A DNA stretch of 63,831 nucleotides, counting the filler, from Pelomyxa schiedti (Eukaryota; Protista; Evosea), in NCBI GenBank assembly GCA_020536535.1. It is 11 parts of 11 records of this genome, joined end to end, with 100 filler letters (N's around TTAATTAATTAA, not from the genome) between each part and the next. Parts side by side here need not be neighbours in the genome. Positions count along the whole stretch, not along the records: positions 1 to 4,940 come from JAHLWZ010000172.1; positions 5,041 to 14,060 come from JAHLWZ010001304.1; 9 more parts are not named here. The stretch is one strand, 5' to 3'. The first letter of the stretch is position 1; every line of letters starts with the position of its first letter. The notes under the pieces were generated by a model that was not told the DNA's origin, searched no databases, and saw only the letters and a list, made by a program, of their open reading frames with translations. Positions 1 through 13,246 of the stretch are shown in pieces. Made by a program: the position numbers and the translations under genes.

Positions 1-1011
1 CGATGGATACGTTCCAAGACTCACCATTTGCTCGTCTATACATTGTCTCTCCTCCGGACTGAATACCCCCTCGGGTGCGATCTCGTTTAACATCATCATT
101 TTTTCGGAATTGTTGTTTTTTGGAGATCTCCTCAACAGGACCTGCTTACCCGCGGGTGTGTGGCTGATGTTCATGACTCAATAATTCCGATTTTGTGGAA
201 AAAAGAGGGGCCGAGACAGACGCCAATTTGGCGCAAATCTGATAAAACAAGTTTTTCTCCGAAACGTGCTTGTGATGATCATTCGACTCGATTTCAAGGC
301 CTTTATAAGCTTGACACTCCAAGCTCAGAATCACATCGAAAAAACACACAAACTCAAACAAATAAACAACAAACACAAGGCAAACAATAGAACCCTTTAT
401 TCCAATTGAATTCATCTCTTTCTGTCTTCTGTTATTGAGTGAGTTCACCCCCCCACTTTTTTTCCCATAGCTCCACTAACTCTGCTGCAGGGAAATCTAC
501 CAAATTTTTAAGGTGGGGTACTTATTATGCTGCTTTTAAAGCTTTGCATGTTGCTAGTGAAGACCAAGACAAACCTACATTTTCATACCCTAAGTTTTTG
601 GAGATTGTAATATCCTCATTTAAATTCTTTATTTTCCACTCCACAGTGTAAAGACAATCATTACTTGTGGACTCTTTTTGATAAATAAATACTTGTTCTA
701 GAAAAGCTTGATGCTGTATATATACCTTTATTAGTGATTGTTTATAATTTTTGTAGGATAATCCTTCTGTGTACTTTAGCAAGTACACGAGCTTTAGCTC
801 TATGGACACTCTGCGGACTCTGTACGAATCTCGACTCTCGAGATCCAATGCGGGCTTGATGGAATTACTGGAATAAGGCAGCGACGATCTTATGAGACAC
901 AGAACGCACTAATGCGGACTGCAGCGGTGATTGATTCTGAGGCAATCTTGACTGAGAATTGGACAACAGCGTGGCTTTGAAGCTAACCGCACCTAACCGC
1001 ACCAAAATAAT

Positions 1012-1129
1012 TATCCTTTGAACACGTGCAACCCAAGCACGAGAACAAGCAAGAGAACCTTTACACTCTCACTCTCTTTCGTTCTTTTCCCTCTGTGGGG
1101 CTTTATTCTCTTCCCACAGAAGCTAACAC
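1012..1129 (+). mobile_element. 118-bp dispersed repeat, copy 1 (candidate non-autonomous element)
   Basis: Near-identical copies at 4375-4492 (+) and 56070-56187 (-). 8-bp stem TCTGTGGG/CCCACAGA ends 9 nt before the shared right end. No TIR or TSD seen. Confidence 0.55.
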
Positions 1130-2072
1130 TTCTAGTCGTTACCAATACCACTGAAAACAGGTCACACAGTTGTCTGAAGCTGAGAGCAATGCAAAGAACA
1201 TTTACCAGTGACAATTCTATCTTATTGCAATAGGTGAGGCACTGTTTGTTGCTGACTATAGTAGATTCCATGAGTCTGAAAGTTTCAAGGTTTCCAGGAA
1301 CATGTTTTGGCCAACAAAGTTGCAACAATGATTTTGTTGAACACAAAACACCCAACAACAACAAGGGCCACAGTGCTATGTTTCCCTCTCCTTTTCATCA
1401 TCACCCCACTTAAACATAATAGGTATCCCCTACTGACACCACTCAGGGGAATTGTGTGCGCAGCTCTGCTCTGCTTTTCCTCATCAGGTTTTCACCTTTT
1501 CATTGTCCGCTATTCCCTGACCTCCAATCCCAGATTTGTTTTTTTCTTTTCCCACATTCAACCTGTGTTGAAATGTTCTGTTTCTGGCACCTTGTGGTGC
1601 TGGTGTACGACTCCTCCTTTTTTCTTTTTCGATTTCTGTGGCACCAAGACTGACTTGAACCAGGTATTTCTCTGTTTTTCTTTATCGATTTCTCACACTT
1701 GAGACCAGGTCTCCTACGCACTCCATGGGCTCCTACACTCCACACTTCCACATTCCCAACATACACCTCTCCACGATGTGGAGCATCCAAATCGAGCCCA
1801 TTGTGATTTTACCTCCACTTTCTCCACTTGGGTAGTGTTTTTTCACATTTTGAGACCACTCTGGGTGTGATCTGGAATCACAGTGCAGCAGAGCACCGGT
1901 GTGGGCTTTGATGATTGGGAAACTTGGTTCAAGTCTGTGCCAGAGTTCAGAGAACAAGACGAAACCCACAATTGTCAAATCGAGAGCGAAATCTTCTCAC
2001 AAAACCACTCACTGGAGTACATTTTCAGCGACTTAGGAGGAGTGGATTTTGTGTGGCTGTGAGGTTGACTTT

Positions 2073-2268
2073 GTGTGCTTTGACCTCACCTCAATGTCTT
2101 TCCCTCAGCCTGAGTTCTATTTGTGTGAGCAGAGTAAGGAGTAGATTCATGATATGAATGTGTGCATTTTACGTTTCCATGTAGTTGCCTGACAATCCAC
2201 TCCTTCATCTGCTCACACAACTAGAACTCAGCCTGAGGGAAAGATGTTGAGGTGAGGTCGAAGCACAC
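2073..2268. repeat. Imperfect inverted repeat (61-bp arms, 74-bp spacer)
   Basis: 2073-2133 is the reverse complement of 2208-2268 with 5 mismatches. Confidence 0.85.
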
Positions 2269-3581
2269 ACCTCAACATCTTCATCTTTGTTGACACCATC
2301 TTTGTTGGCGTTTGCTGTGACCACATCGTCCACCGTTTCCCTCACCACCACCCCCACCACAACCACCACCACCACTCCCCTGTGCCTGCGCACGTGCCTG
2401 TGCCCCCCTCTCTTTGTTGTCCTTGTCCTCGATGTTGTTGATGTTGTCTCTCGTTGCTGTTGGGTGCCCCACCGCCTCCTCCTCCTCCTCCTCAGCCACC
2501 GTGCGCATCATCGTGCCTCGGTGATCACAAGGGACTTCGTGAAAAATACAAAGTGCTTTTTTTTTTCCTTTTATTGGTGAGTGTGGTGTGATTGATGTCT
2601 AGGAGATGTGCAAGGGGAGGCGGAAGGAACGTCCGGAAACAATGGGTTCAAGGTTCTCGCCATCAACACTGACTGAGATATCTCACATAGGCTGCTATCA
2701 TTGATACCACAATGGGCATGTTTTTGATCGGAACTGAGGCTTCCCAGGTACCCCTGCACACAAGTTTTGGAGCAAAAATAAAAATCTTGCTGGTTTCAAA
2801 TTATTATTTTCAAGAGGATTGTCTCAAAAAATCCACTTTTTTGAATTATTGAGTCATGGGGTTTGTTTTATCAAAAATTCCAAGGTGGAAGTTGAGCTGG
2901 AGCAATGTTTCCCCTTTGCATGGAAGCCAAATGTGACAGAGGTTAAAACCTCTCTTTTAAGTGTCCTGCAGTTTACATATTACTGGTTACACTGTGAGAA
3001 ATTGACTCCTGAGGTTCATTCTCAATGGGAAGCAAGGGAGAAGATGTTGGCCTTATGTGCACTGTTTGGGAACTAGCTTAACCCAACTAGTGGTGAGCAT
3101 TCTTGGTGGGATGCTGTGCTGTATGATCCACCTAGTATTTTGAACACTTCATAGAGGAAAACACTGACAGCTTCACCCCTTTGCCCATGATCCACTTATG
3201 CACCTCAAGAAGTGAAATCATGGGGTGCAATGGGAACCACCAGGTATGCCAACCATAACACAGAAAAACCAGACAACAGGTAAATGCACGGTGCTGGCAC
3301 CACCCAACCAACACCCCCACCCACTGACACACAACCACAACGGCCAACACCCATCAGACACAATGCCTGGGTTTTTACTTGGTACTTTTAATTGTTTCAA
3401 ATACGTTGTGGTTGTTCACTCTTCAGCAGAGCACCAGTGTGGCTTTGAGGATTGAGAAACTCGGTTCAAGTTGGTGCCAGAGTTCAGAGAACAAGACGAA
3501 ACCCACAATTGTCAAATCGAGAGCGAAATCTTCTCACAAAACCAATCACCAGAGTTCATTTTTGGTGAGGGAGGAGATGTA

Positions 3582-3784
3582 TAGTCAGCTGGTGAGCTTC
3601 ACCATATCTGGTGAAGGTGACAGCTGCCAGTTACTGGTACTTGGGGCCAAATCCAATAATGTGGAATCGGTTGTGGGTTTCCCAACCAAATCGGTTGGAT
3701 TTCACATTATGGGATTCGGCCCCAAGTACCAGTAACTGGCAGCTGTTGTCTTCACCAGAAATGGTGAAGCTCACCAGCTGACTA
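3582..3784. repeat. Imperfect long palindrome (87-bp arms, 29-bp spacer)
   Basis: 3582-3668 is the reverse complement of 3698-3784 with about 7 mismatches. Confidence 0.9.
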
Positions 3785-4374
3785 CAACACCATCTGCAAC
3801 CAACTGGCAAAGCTTAGTAAGGAACCTCAACACCCCTCAATCTGGAACCAAGCCCTCTTAGTTGTAACCAACATGAAGAATAAAAAAGATTTCTTTTACT
3901 TCATCTTTGTTTTGGTTTGATGGTGGTTGCACAGCCACAGCACCATAAAGCAGGCCAGTGCCGCAGCTGTCAAGATGGCCACATGTTGCTGGCAGCACCA
4001 AGCTAACGCGGGTGTTGTGTGCACACATTGTTCCCGCAAGAACAGTAGTAGTAGAAGGCAAGGCATACTAGGGAGCCAGACAAGCACCACAGGTGCAGCT
4101 TGTTGGCGTTTGCGTTTGCTGTGACCACATCGTCCACCGTTTCCCTCACCACCACCACCACCACTCCCCTGTGCCTGCGCCCGTGCCCGTGCCCCCCTCT
4201 CATCATACTACTGCCATGGCACCACACTAGTGTGTGTGACTGTGTGACATGGCCCCCCCGAACCTCTTTCNNNNNNNNNNNNNNNNNNNNNNNNNNNNNN
4301 NNNNNNNNNNNNNNNNNNNNNNNNNNNNNNNNNNNNNNNNNNNNNNNNNNNNNNNNNNNNNNNNNNNNNNTAAT

Positions 4375-4492
4375 TATCCTTTGAACACGTGCAACCCAAG
4401 CACGAGAATAAGCAAGAGAACCTTTACACTCTCACTCTCTTTCGTTCTTTTCCCTCTGTGGGGCTTTATTCTCTTCCCACAGAAGCTAACAC
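4375..4492 (+). mobile_element. 118-bp dispersed repeat, copy 2, abutting the gypsy pol fragment
   Basis: Matches 1012-1129 except for one substitution. Confidence 0.55.
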
Positions 4493-4939
4493 TTTGGGCA
4501 CCACCACAGCCTTCGTTGCCCTAGTCTTCAAGGGATCTGCCTGCACCCAGTGTAATACGTCGCTCTCCGTGACGAAATCGTGGCGATTGAGCCCGGTCCT
4601 CAGCCTCTCAGGTAGGCTCTTGCCCCCTATCCATGCCAACAGCGCCTGGCAGTCCTTGTCCTTAGCCTGGGCCTCCCTCCACCATACGAGCCTATCCTCC
4701 AAGGCCACTATCATGAGAGCCCTCTCGGGTATTCTGCTGAGTGCATCCACGTTCCCCGACTCCTTTCCGGGCCTGAATTCCACTATTGCCCCATAGTCGT
4801 CCAGTAGCATCTGCCAGCATGCAACTTTCCCTGTGGGTTGCTCCTGGTTTTGCATCCATGTTAATGCCTTGTGGTCTGTTTTGACGGTGCACCCTATCCC
4901 ATGGATGTAGCTCTTGAATTTCTTAAGAGCCCACACCAC
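4466..4939 (-). mobile_element. Ty3/gypsy LTR retrotransposon pol fragment (RNase H and linker towards integrase)
   Basis: VWALKKFKSYIHG...TVKTDHKALTWM...KVACWQMLLDDY...IVEFRPGKESGNVDALSR is the gypsy RT-RNase H signature. Cut by the linker at 4941 and by the 118-bp repeat at about 4493. Confidence 0.9.
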
Positions 4940-5415
4940 TNNNNNNNNNNNNNNNNNNNNNNNNNNNNNNNNNNNNNNNNNNNNTTAATTAATTAANNNN
5001 NNNNNNNNNNNNNNNNNNNNNNNNNNNNNNNNNNNNNNNNTGTTGTCACTAGCACACTTTTTGCAAAAAGAGGTTTAACAGTGTTTTTTATCAAATACTA
5101 CCTTTTTACCTTATTTCCTCTCAAAAAGCTTCACCCCAGGAAAAGCTTCGCCCCATGGGGCAAGGCTTTTTGAGAGGAAAAACCTTCACCCTAGGGGCGA
5201 AGGTTTCCAGAGGGAAGTGACAGCAAAAACCTTCGCCCCTTGGGTTTTTGGGTGAAGACTTCATAGAGGAAAACACTGACACCTTCACCCCTTCGCCCAT
5301 GATCCAGTTATGAGCCTCCACAACACTTTGTCATCCCCAGGACACCACCACCACAGTGGATTGGGAGGTTGTCACATCATCCTTTCATTTCCACCATTGA
5401 ACCAGGATAACTACA

Positions 5416-6668
<1,253 letters not shown>

Positions 6669-6841
6669 TCCAAACTCTACATTTTAGATAGCAAAACGTT
6701 CAATAAGTGTACATCACACCTGCTTTTGCTGCCGCATGAGAACATAAATAACTTTTCAAAAAAAAAAAAAAGCGGAAAAAATTTTCCTGCTATTTGGCTA
6801 TTGTATTAAGTTATGTTCAAAGATAGTGGAAGTGTTGTGTT

Positions 6842-9800
6842 CTAGGGGAGGTTTTGTAGGAATTGGATGGGCCTAAGAAGAGCCTTGGTCAAGGGTCCTA
6901 ATTCAGAAGGAGGGGGTGTTTGTGAGGGTGATTCTGGGGGGAGAGATAGTGGGGAAGTTGCCACTGACCTGGGAATTTCTCCAGAGAAAGAGGGCGTCCT
7001 CCTGGGGGGTGGGTGATGGTGGTGATCCCGCCCCGGCACCGACCGCGTGGAAGAAGCCTGCGGAAGTGGGTATGTCTTGGTGCTGCTGGTTGACAGTCTC
7101 CGCGGCCGCGGGTGGTTGTAATCATCACCCACTTCACTGGTTACGGACCGGGCGTGGTGGGTGTGGTGGTGGTGATGTTCGTGGCTTCTTGGGGGCTGTT
7201 GTGGGTTGCTGGATGATGTTGATGATGCTGCTGCTGTTGGGAATGGTATTGCGGCGGGGGTAGCTCCTAAGAGATCAAATGGGGATGGACCGGAGCTCTT
7301 CTGAAACGCGTCCGTGATGATTTGCTGCAACTTGGGATCGGATGTAACCACCATTAAGGATTCTCTTCTTTGGTTCCGTAGCTCTTCCTTTCTTTGGTTC
7401 CGAAGCTCTTCCTTTTTTTGCCGGGATTCTTCCCGGTGTTGCCTGGGAGGCTTTCCTTCTGATGGTTGTGTGTCATGCTGATGGTGGTGATGGTGACTGT
7501 GCGTGGTCTTGGGGTTCTGTGAAGGCTGATTGGGAACTGGTATTTGTGGTGCCCTCAATGATGTGGTGAGTGACATACGAGGTGGCTGCTGAGTTTGTAT
7601 GTAAGGAATTCGTTTTTGTAAGTGGGGTTGCTGAAGTGTTTGTAGCCTATTAATATTTGAACCTTGTGGACAGGAAATATTCAGCTTATTGAGTTTCTCA
7701 TGTATCTGGCTGTTTACTGTTACCTCAGTAGCTGTGTGAAGTCTTTGTGTGGGATCTGCACGTGGATCTAGGAATACAGTATCTTTTTTTGGTTGTGCTC
7801 TGTCTAACTCTCTGGAAGGGGTTCGGTGCACTTCCAGAGCAGGAGGTTGGGAAACTCTCGTTTGCACTCCATTTACTTTTTCTGATAACAGTACACTACT
7901 GGAGTTTTGGGAGTTGATATTTTTGCTTTCCATTAACTTGTCAAACTTGGCAAATCTAGTCTTATCCACGCCATTTCCTGTGGGAACTTTATCCTCCATT
8001 GTGCCACTTGAACACCCTGTGTCACTATCATAATAATTGCTGTCGCTGCTATCGGATGACTCAGATGACGAGCTGTTTTCATCAGACATATTTGCCTTGG
8101 CGTCGTCGATATCTTTGATTTCAGAAGACGGGTCACTCTGTGGCACACACAATTGTGGCTGACTGGCCTCAACGCAAGGAGAGGGCTTCTCGCCATCAAG
8201 GGACTTTTCTAAGTCACCACTGTGATTATTGATTACGACAGGACCTGACTGCCGTAGAGTGTCTTTGTCGGCTTCTGATAATCCAAAAGGTACTTTATCA
8301 GCGATCAATTTTGACATGGGGCAAGGTGCTTTGAGTGGCGTTGATGCCACCCCGGCTTCACGCTGGAAACCACTCTCTTTATTGCATTGGTTCAAGGCGG
8401 GAGTAAGCGGGGAGTAGTAGAATCGAACAGTTTCTGCGGAGATAAATGGTGGTGTCATAAGTGTAGTCTGTGAAGTGTTTCTTGGGGGTGTAGACTGTGG
8501 CAATATTTGGCCATTGTTAGGAGCAGTTACATTTTGCATCCCATCTGTCTGAACATATGCACCTGGGTTCTCGTCATCTTTTCGTACCACTGGAAAGTTA
8601 TCATTCGCGCCTTCCGATGATTTCAAGGGAATGAGAACGCTATTTAACAGTTCAGGCTCCTTGCACTCTGGTGAGGTAATCATTGGATTCCTTGAATCGG
8701 AAGTGGGGAGGGCATCACTCACACCTTCTAAGGACATAGAGGGAGTAGGAATGAAAGTTGATGGCTCAGGAGATTCTGGTTGCTCTGCTGACGAAATCGG
8801 CAAAATTTCACACTGTGGGATTTCCTCTTTGGATGGCATGTTACCATCCAAGCTGGATTGTTCCTCCTGGCCAACTTCTTCCAAGTTTTGTGAGTTCACT
8901 GAATTGAGTGTAGAAGGTGGTGTTTCAAGTGTTGGATTTAATGGTGTGAATAAAGAAGAAGTAACTCGTGTTGCGGGTTCGTCTCTCGTGGGTGCTGGCT
9001 TACACTGCATACTTGATGGTAAATACGCATCATTGTTGCAAGTGAAAGAATCGCTTAGGAGTACTGATTGAGGAGAGTTCGTATTAAACTTGGTACAAAT
9101 GGAATCCTGCACTACAACATCAGTGTCAATAGTTGCTTGCTGGTTACTGTTCTCAGTAATCGCGTCCTCTGAAAGAGGGGAGGGAAAATTTGTTCTTGCT
9201 ATCATTGTTATATCTTGAACCCCGGTAATGCCAACATTAAGTGTCAGAACATTGGTTGATGGGAGTTGTTTTGTTGGTGTGGAAATAGGGATAAACTTTT
9301 CAACATCACTTGGGATTAATGACAGAGAGTCTTTTGGAGGCTCGGAGATTGGTTTCCTCGCGACTGGGGATTCATCTATGTTCGTTTCAGCAATTTCCGA
9401 TTGAAGAATAGGGATGGTTGAATGTGTTGATTCAAATTCGTGCTGATTTCCCGTATAAACCAATGTATCTGGCTCGCAGCTGATAAAGTTCTTCTCAGAG
9501 AGCTGGGGTTCTGAAATATCTACTGCAGGAATACTTGGTGATAGGGATGGGTTTGACTGCATGAGATTAGTTGAAGGACCACTTTGAGTAGTATGAAAGT
9601 GGGGTACTTCAGGTATTTTCATATCTGTCCCATACAGTGTGGAATCTGGCAAGGTTTCAATTGGTTCCTCTGTGGAAATGGCATTTGGAACTGTATTGTG
9701 TTCAAACTCCACTGTGGCTGTGGGCGTATATGATGTGAAGGAGATCCCTTCGTGGGACAGTGATAATTGTGAAGTACTGCCTACTGGGTTTGGTACGGTA

Positions 9801-12277
9801 AGAGGAAAATTGTCTTCCCTTTGTAGGGGACCAATCATTGCTTGTGTGGTGTCAGGGAGAACATATTCAACTCTACATGTGGTTGGGAGTGGCACCGGAG
9901 TGATGACCATGTTCGCGTTTTGGCAGCTTGCATTGGTGTATGGTTGTTGTTGTGCAGAGTCAGACCCTTGGTTAGATAGTTGGTCACTAATTGCTACAAG
10001 CAAAAAGGACTCAGATTTTGGAGCTGGATTCGCATCCCCTTCCATCAGTGGGGGTTCCACTCTACAGTCTTCTGTCCTAACAAGTGGGGTACTGTTTTCA
10101 TTATTGGTCTTAAGTGTACTGTTTTCACCATCCCTGTTAATGAAAACTCTTTCCTCTTTTTCAGATTTACTGCCCTCCTGCAAAAGGGAATCATAGACAA
10201 CAAGACCCGCAGAAAGTGCCGGGGAATCAGAGTGTTCCGTTTGCATATCATCCTCATGTTCTTTGGGTACTTCGCTGGAGTTTTGTGGCAGGTCTCCAAG
10301 AGCTTTGGTACAGTCACTTGGCTCAGTCAAGACAAGAATTTGTTGCAATGGTTCCTCAGGTTCTTTTTTTTCGGTAATTGTTGGCACACATACTAGTCCA
10401 ATCTGGCGGGAGTCCACTTCAGGGGTGCTTCTGGTTTCAGGGGGCGTGTCGTTGGTTACAATTTGTTCGACTACATTTTCATCCACTTGATGGGTTGTTG
10501 TTTGCTTGTGTGCGTCCTCACCACCCAACAGTGAAGGGGGCATTTGTCTGGGGTCTACACTACTTTCAAAAGATGTGATGGGCACTCCACTGCCACAGGG
10601 GTCTACCAGTGGTGTCATCTGGATTCCTCCAGTTTCTTGGGGTGAAGAGACAGACGCTTCCGTTCTCACCGATAATTCAGTTGAAGTGGGGGAGTCCACA
10701 ACAAAGGCACTAGTTTTCTTTTCTATTGTTGGCTGGGGCATGAAATCTCGGGTGGAATCTTCGTGAATGTGAGGTGTTGCGACTACTGTTGATTTCTCTT
10801 CTTGTGATGGAGACATGTTGAGTTGGGGTGTCACAGAGTTGAGAGGCAGGATGGGCAGTGCTTCGTGCTCCTCACTGTTCTTGTGGGAAATGTGGGGGCA
10901 CAAAATTGCCAGTGCAGGTTGAGGATCATGAGATTCTAAGGAAATAGAAGACTTGGTCTGTTTGGGACTGTGTAGTGGTTGCATGACTGGGTTGATTGTC
11001 ACTTCACTGAACTCTCCTTTCATAACGTCATTTGAAGGTTTCCTGCTTTCTATTAGCACATCATTTTCTTCAACCTCAAGAGCATCGGTGGTTTCTCCAA
11101 GGATCGGAAATTCTTCATTTAATTCAATATCTTCATCATGCAAGTGAGTGACTGAGGAGGTATTTTGAGTGCAGGAGGTTTCTTTGATGGGGAGAGACTG
11201 AACTGTACGTGTTGGGGCACTGTGTACATCATAGTTCTGTGGGTGCACGGTACTATTAACTGTTGACTCGGGCGATTTGAGAGGTTTTTCCCCTGTTTGA
11301 GGTTTGGGTTCTACGCCAGAATGTGGTAGGGAAGATATTGGTGGATGTGCGACGATCTTGCTGCTTTCTGGGGTACATACGATTTCTGGTGTATTTAACT
11401 TGGGATTGTGGATGTCTGTTGTTGGGTGCACAGGTGGAGGACTTGCAGTCTTTGGTGGGAGCATAAGTTGTTGTACCTGGGCAGCAATTTCTTGTTGCAG
11501 AAGTTCTTGTTGGCGCTGAATATGACTTTGTAGTTGTTGGTTGCTTTCAGCAATTTTCTCCTCCAAGTTATGCACAACAGAATCAAGGCACTTATCCAGG
11601 TGCTCCTTTACTATAATCTGAATATCGAAGAAGATAAGTAAGAACCAAGGTGTTCTTGTTACAGGGTGAGTATTCAAAATGGAACCCAAAAAAAATAGTT
11701 AACAATAAAACCAATTGTTTTTTTCCTTATTTTTATCTCTCACATTTTTATTTCTTTAAATATAGGTTTTTCATCCCAACCAAAGAGCGTGTCACACATT
11801 AAAGGATTCAGTGAAGTAGTGCATGAAATCCCCACCCACGCCATCATTGGCACGAGTGTTTCTGTTCTCCTTTTCCTTTCTAATGCCATTTCCATTACTC
11901 GCTGCCGCGCCTTTCGTCGCCGTTCCCGGTCTCGCGTTCGCGTTAACCCTCGTAGTACCAATTGATGGTGGTGACGATGACGATGTTGATGATGCTGCTG
12001 ATTCTGATGCTGTTGCTGTTTTATGGTGTGTTCTTGATGATGTTGTTGGTGGTGCCACAGCTGTCCCATAATGGCCCACGTGCGAGGTAGCAGCGGTATT
12101 GCTAGCGGCGGTGCTTCTACCGCGGCCTCCCATAACTGCGCCTTGGGTTGGGTTCCGCGGCGCCACCCCGTGCCTGGCCGGGTCCGACGCCCGCGCCGGT
12201 GGCGGCTTCGTTGCACCTGACGTCGATGTAGCTGCTGGCGGCTTGCGAGTCTCGCCACGGCCCGGGCCTCCCCGCAT
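6842..12277 (-). CDS. Large Ser/Pro/Thr/Glu-rich, probably disordered protein (about 1750 aa)
   Basis: 4.8-kb open frame 6842-11689 plus a probable first exon from ATG 12277 (MRGGPGRGETR...). No recognisable domain. Confidence 0.7.
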
Positions 12278-12465
12278 TATGATTGGCTTCGCCTTCGTGG
12301 AAACACAGTTGCGTATGGGAAATTTGTCAGATATTACAATCTCCCTCCCGAGCAGATTGGTGGCCAAAACTTGGCTTGGTGGGTCCGAGAGAAAGAAGCA
12401 GAACCCGTGCAGAAAGACCGCGGAGTTCAGTCTGTGGAAACGAGAATATGAATACACGATCAGCG

Positions 12466-13246
12466 ATGGCGGTCACGGTGGAGCCATTTCCGCGGTTGAA
12501 GTTAGAGGAGGTTGTCAAGCCCGATCCATTTGAAATAGCACGCCGCCGTGTAGTGCCACTTAAGGACGAGCCGGTTCGAGGACACCCCGTGGTTTGCGAA
12601 TTTCCCATAATGGAGGCACTGGCGCTTCTCACTGGCTCGCACACAAGGTGCGGAGCCAGCTCACCTGCTCGTACCTTGTGCGTCGAACTTTGTGAGTTAC
12701 TCATCGTAAGCATACACATCCACATTCATGACTTATCTGTGTTTGTAAAAAGTCAAAGAAATTTGCTTGTTTTTGTGGCACATCCCTGCTGGGAACTACC
12801 TGGTGCAGATTGATTTCACAGGGTTGCGAATGTATAATGAGAGGGAAGTACCAATGTATATCACAATTAATGAAAGTGGTGATATCGTCCAAGCTGCATC
12901 AGCAGAGCATTTCACATACTGGTGTGCTGGAGAAAAGGCACCATTCGGCCACATTGATTCCAATACCATGTCTCTGGAAATAAAACACACATACTATGGG
13001 GGTCTTGGAGGGTCAACAAACAGCTTTACAATGCCGTCATTGCAGTGGACAACCCGGGCCTTATTACAAGGCTCAGTCACTCATCATCATTTTCGTTCCC
13101 CAAGCCACAAAGAAGCAGTCCAAGGGCAAGCTAGTTTGAGCTTCCAGGGAAAACTGGGGGAACCCGACAGTGTGTCTCTCTTTATTTGCACCTTTCTTCA
13201 TGCACAAACTAAAGTACCCAACAGATTTAGAAACAACGACAACTGA
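12466..13246 (+). CDS. Hypothetical protein with ALALLTGSHTRCGASSPARTL N-terminal family motif; 3' end unresolved
   Basis: ATG 12466, divergent from the 12277 gene. Second coding block in ORF 12767-13246. Confidence 0.45.

Larger units (their letters stand above)
1380..4270 (-). pseudogene. Duplicated, stop-riddled gene remnants, possibly of the ankyrin-like family
   Basis: Blocks about 1870-2010 match about 3410-3545, and about 2285-2410 match about 4100-4200. About 3140-3260 matches about 5240-5330. Short peptides such as EVHKWIMG and GNVEVW, but no continuous ORF. Confidence 0.3.

Noticed and set aside
5121-5321. ORF and clustered CTTC(A/G)CCC motifs with small hairpins
   Set aside because: Short, at a scaffold edge, partly homologous to the pseudogene block near 3150. 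Too little to support an element.
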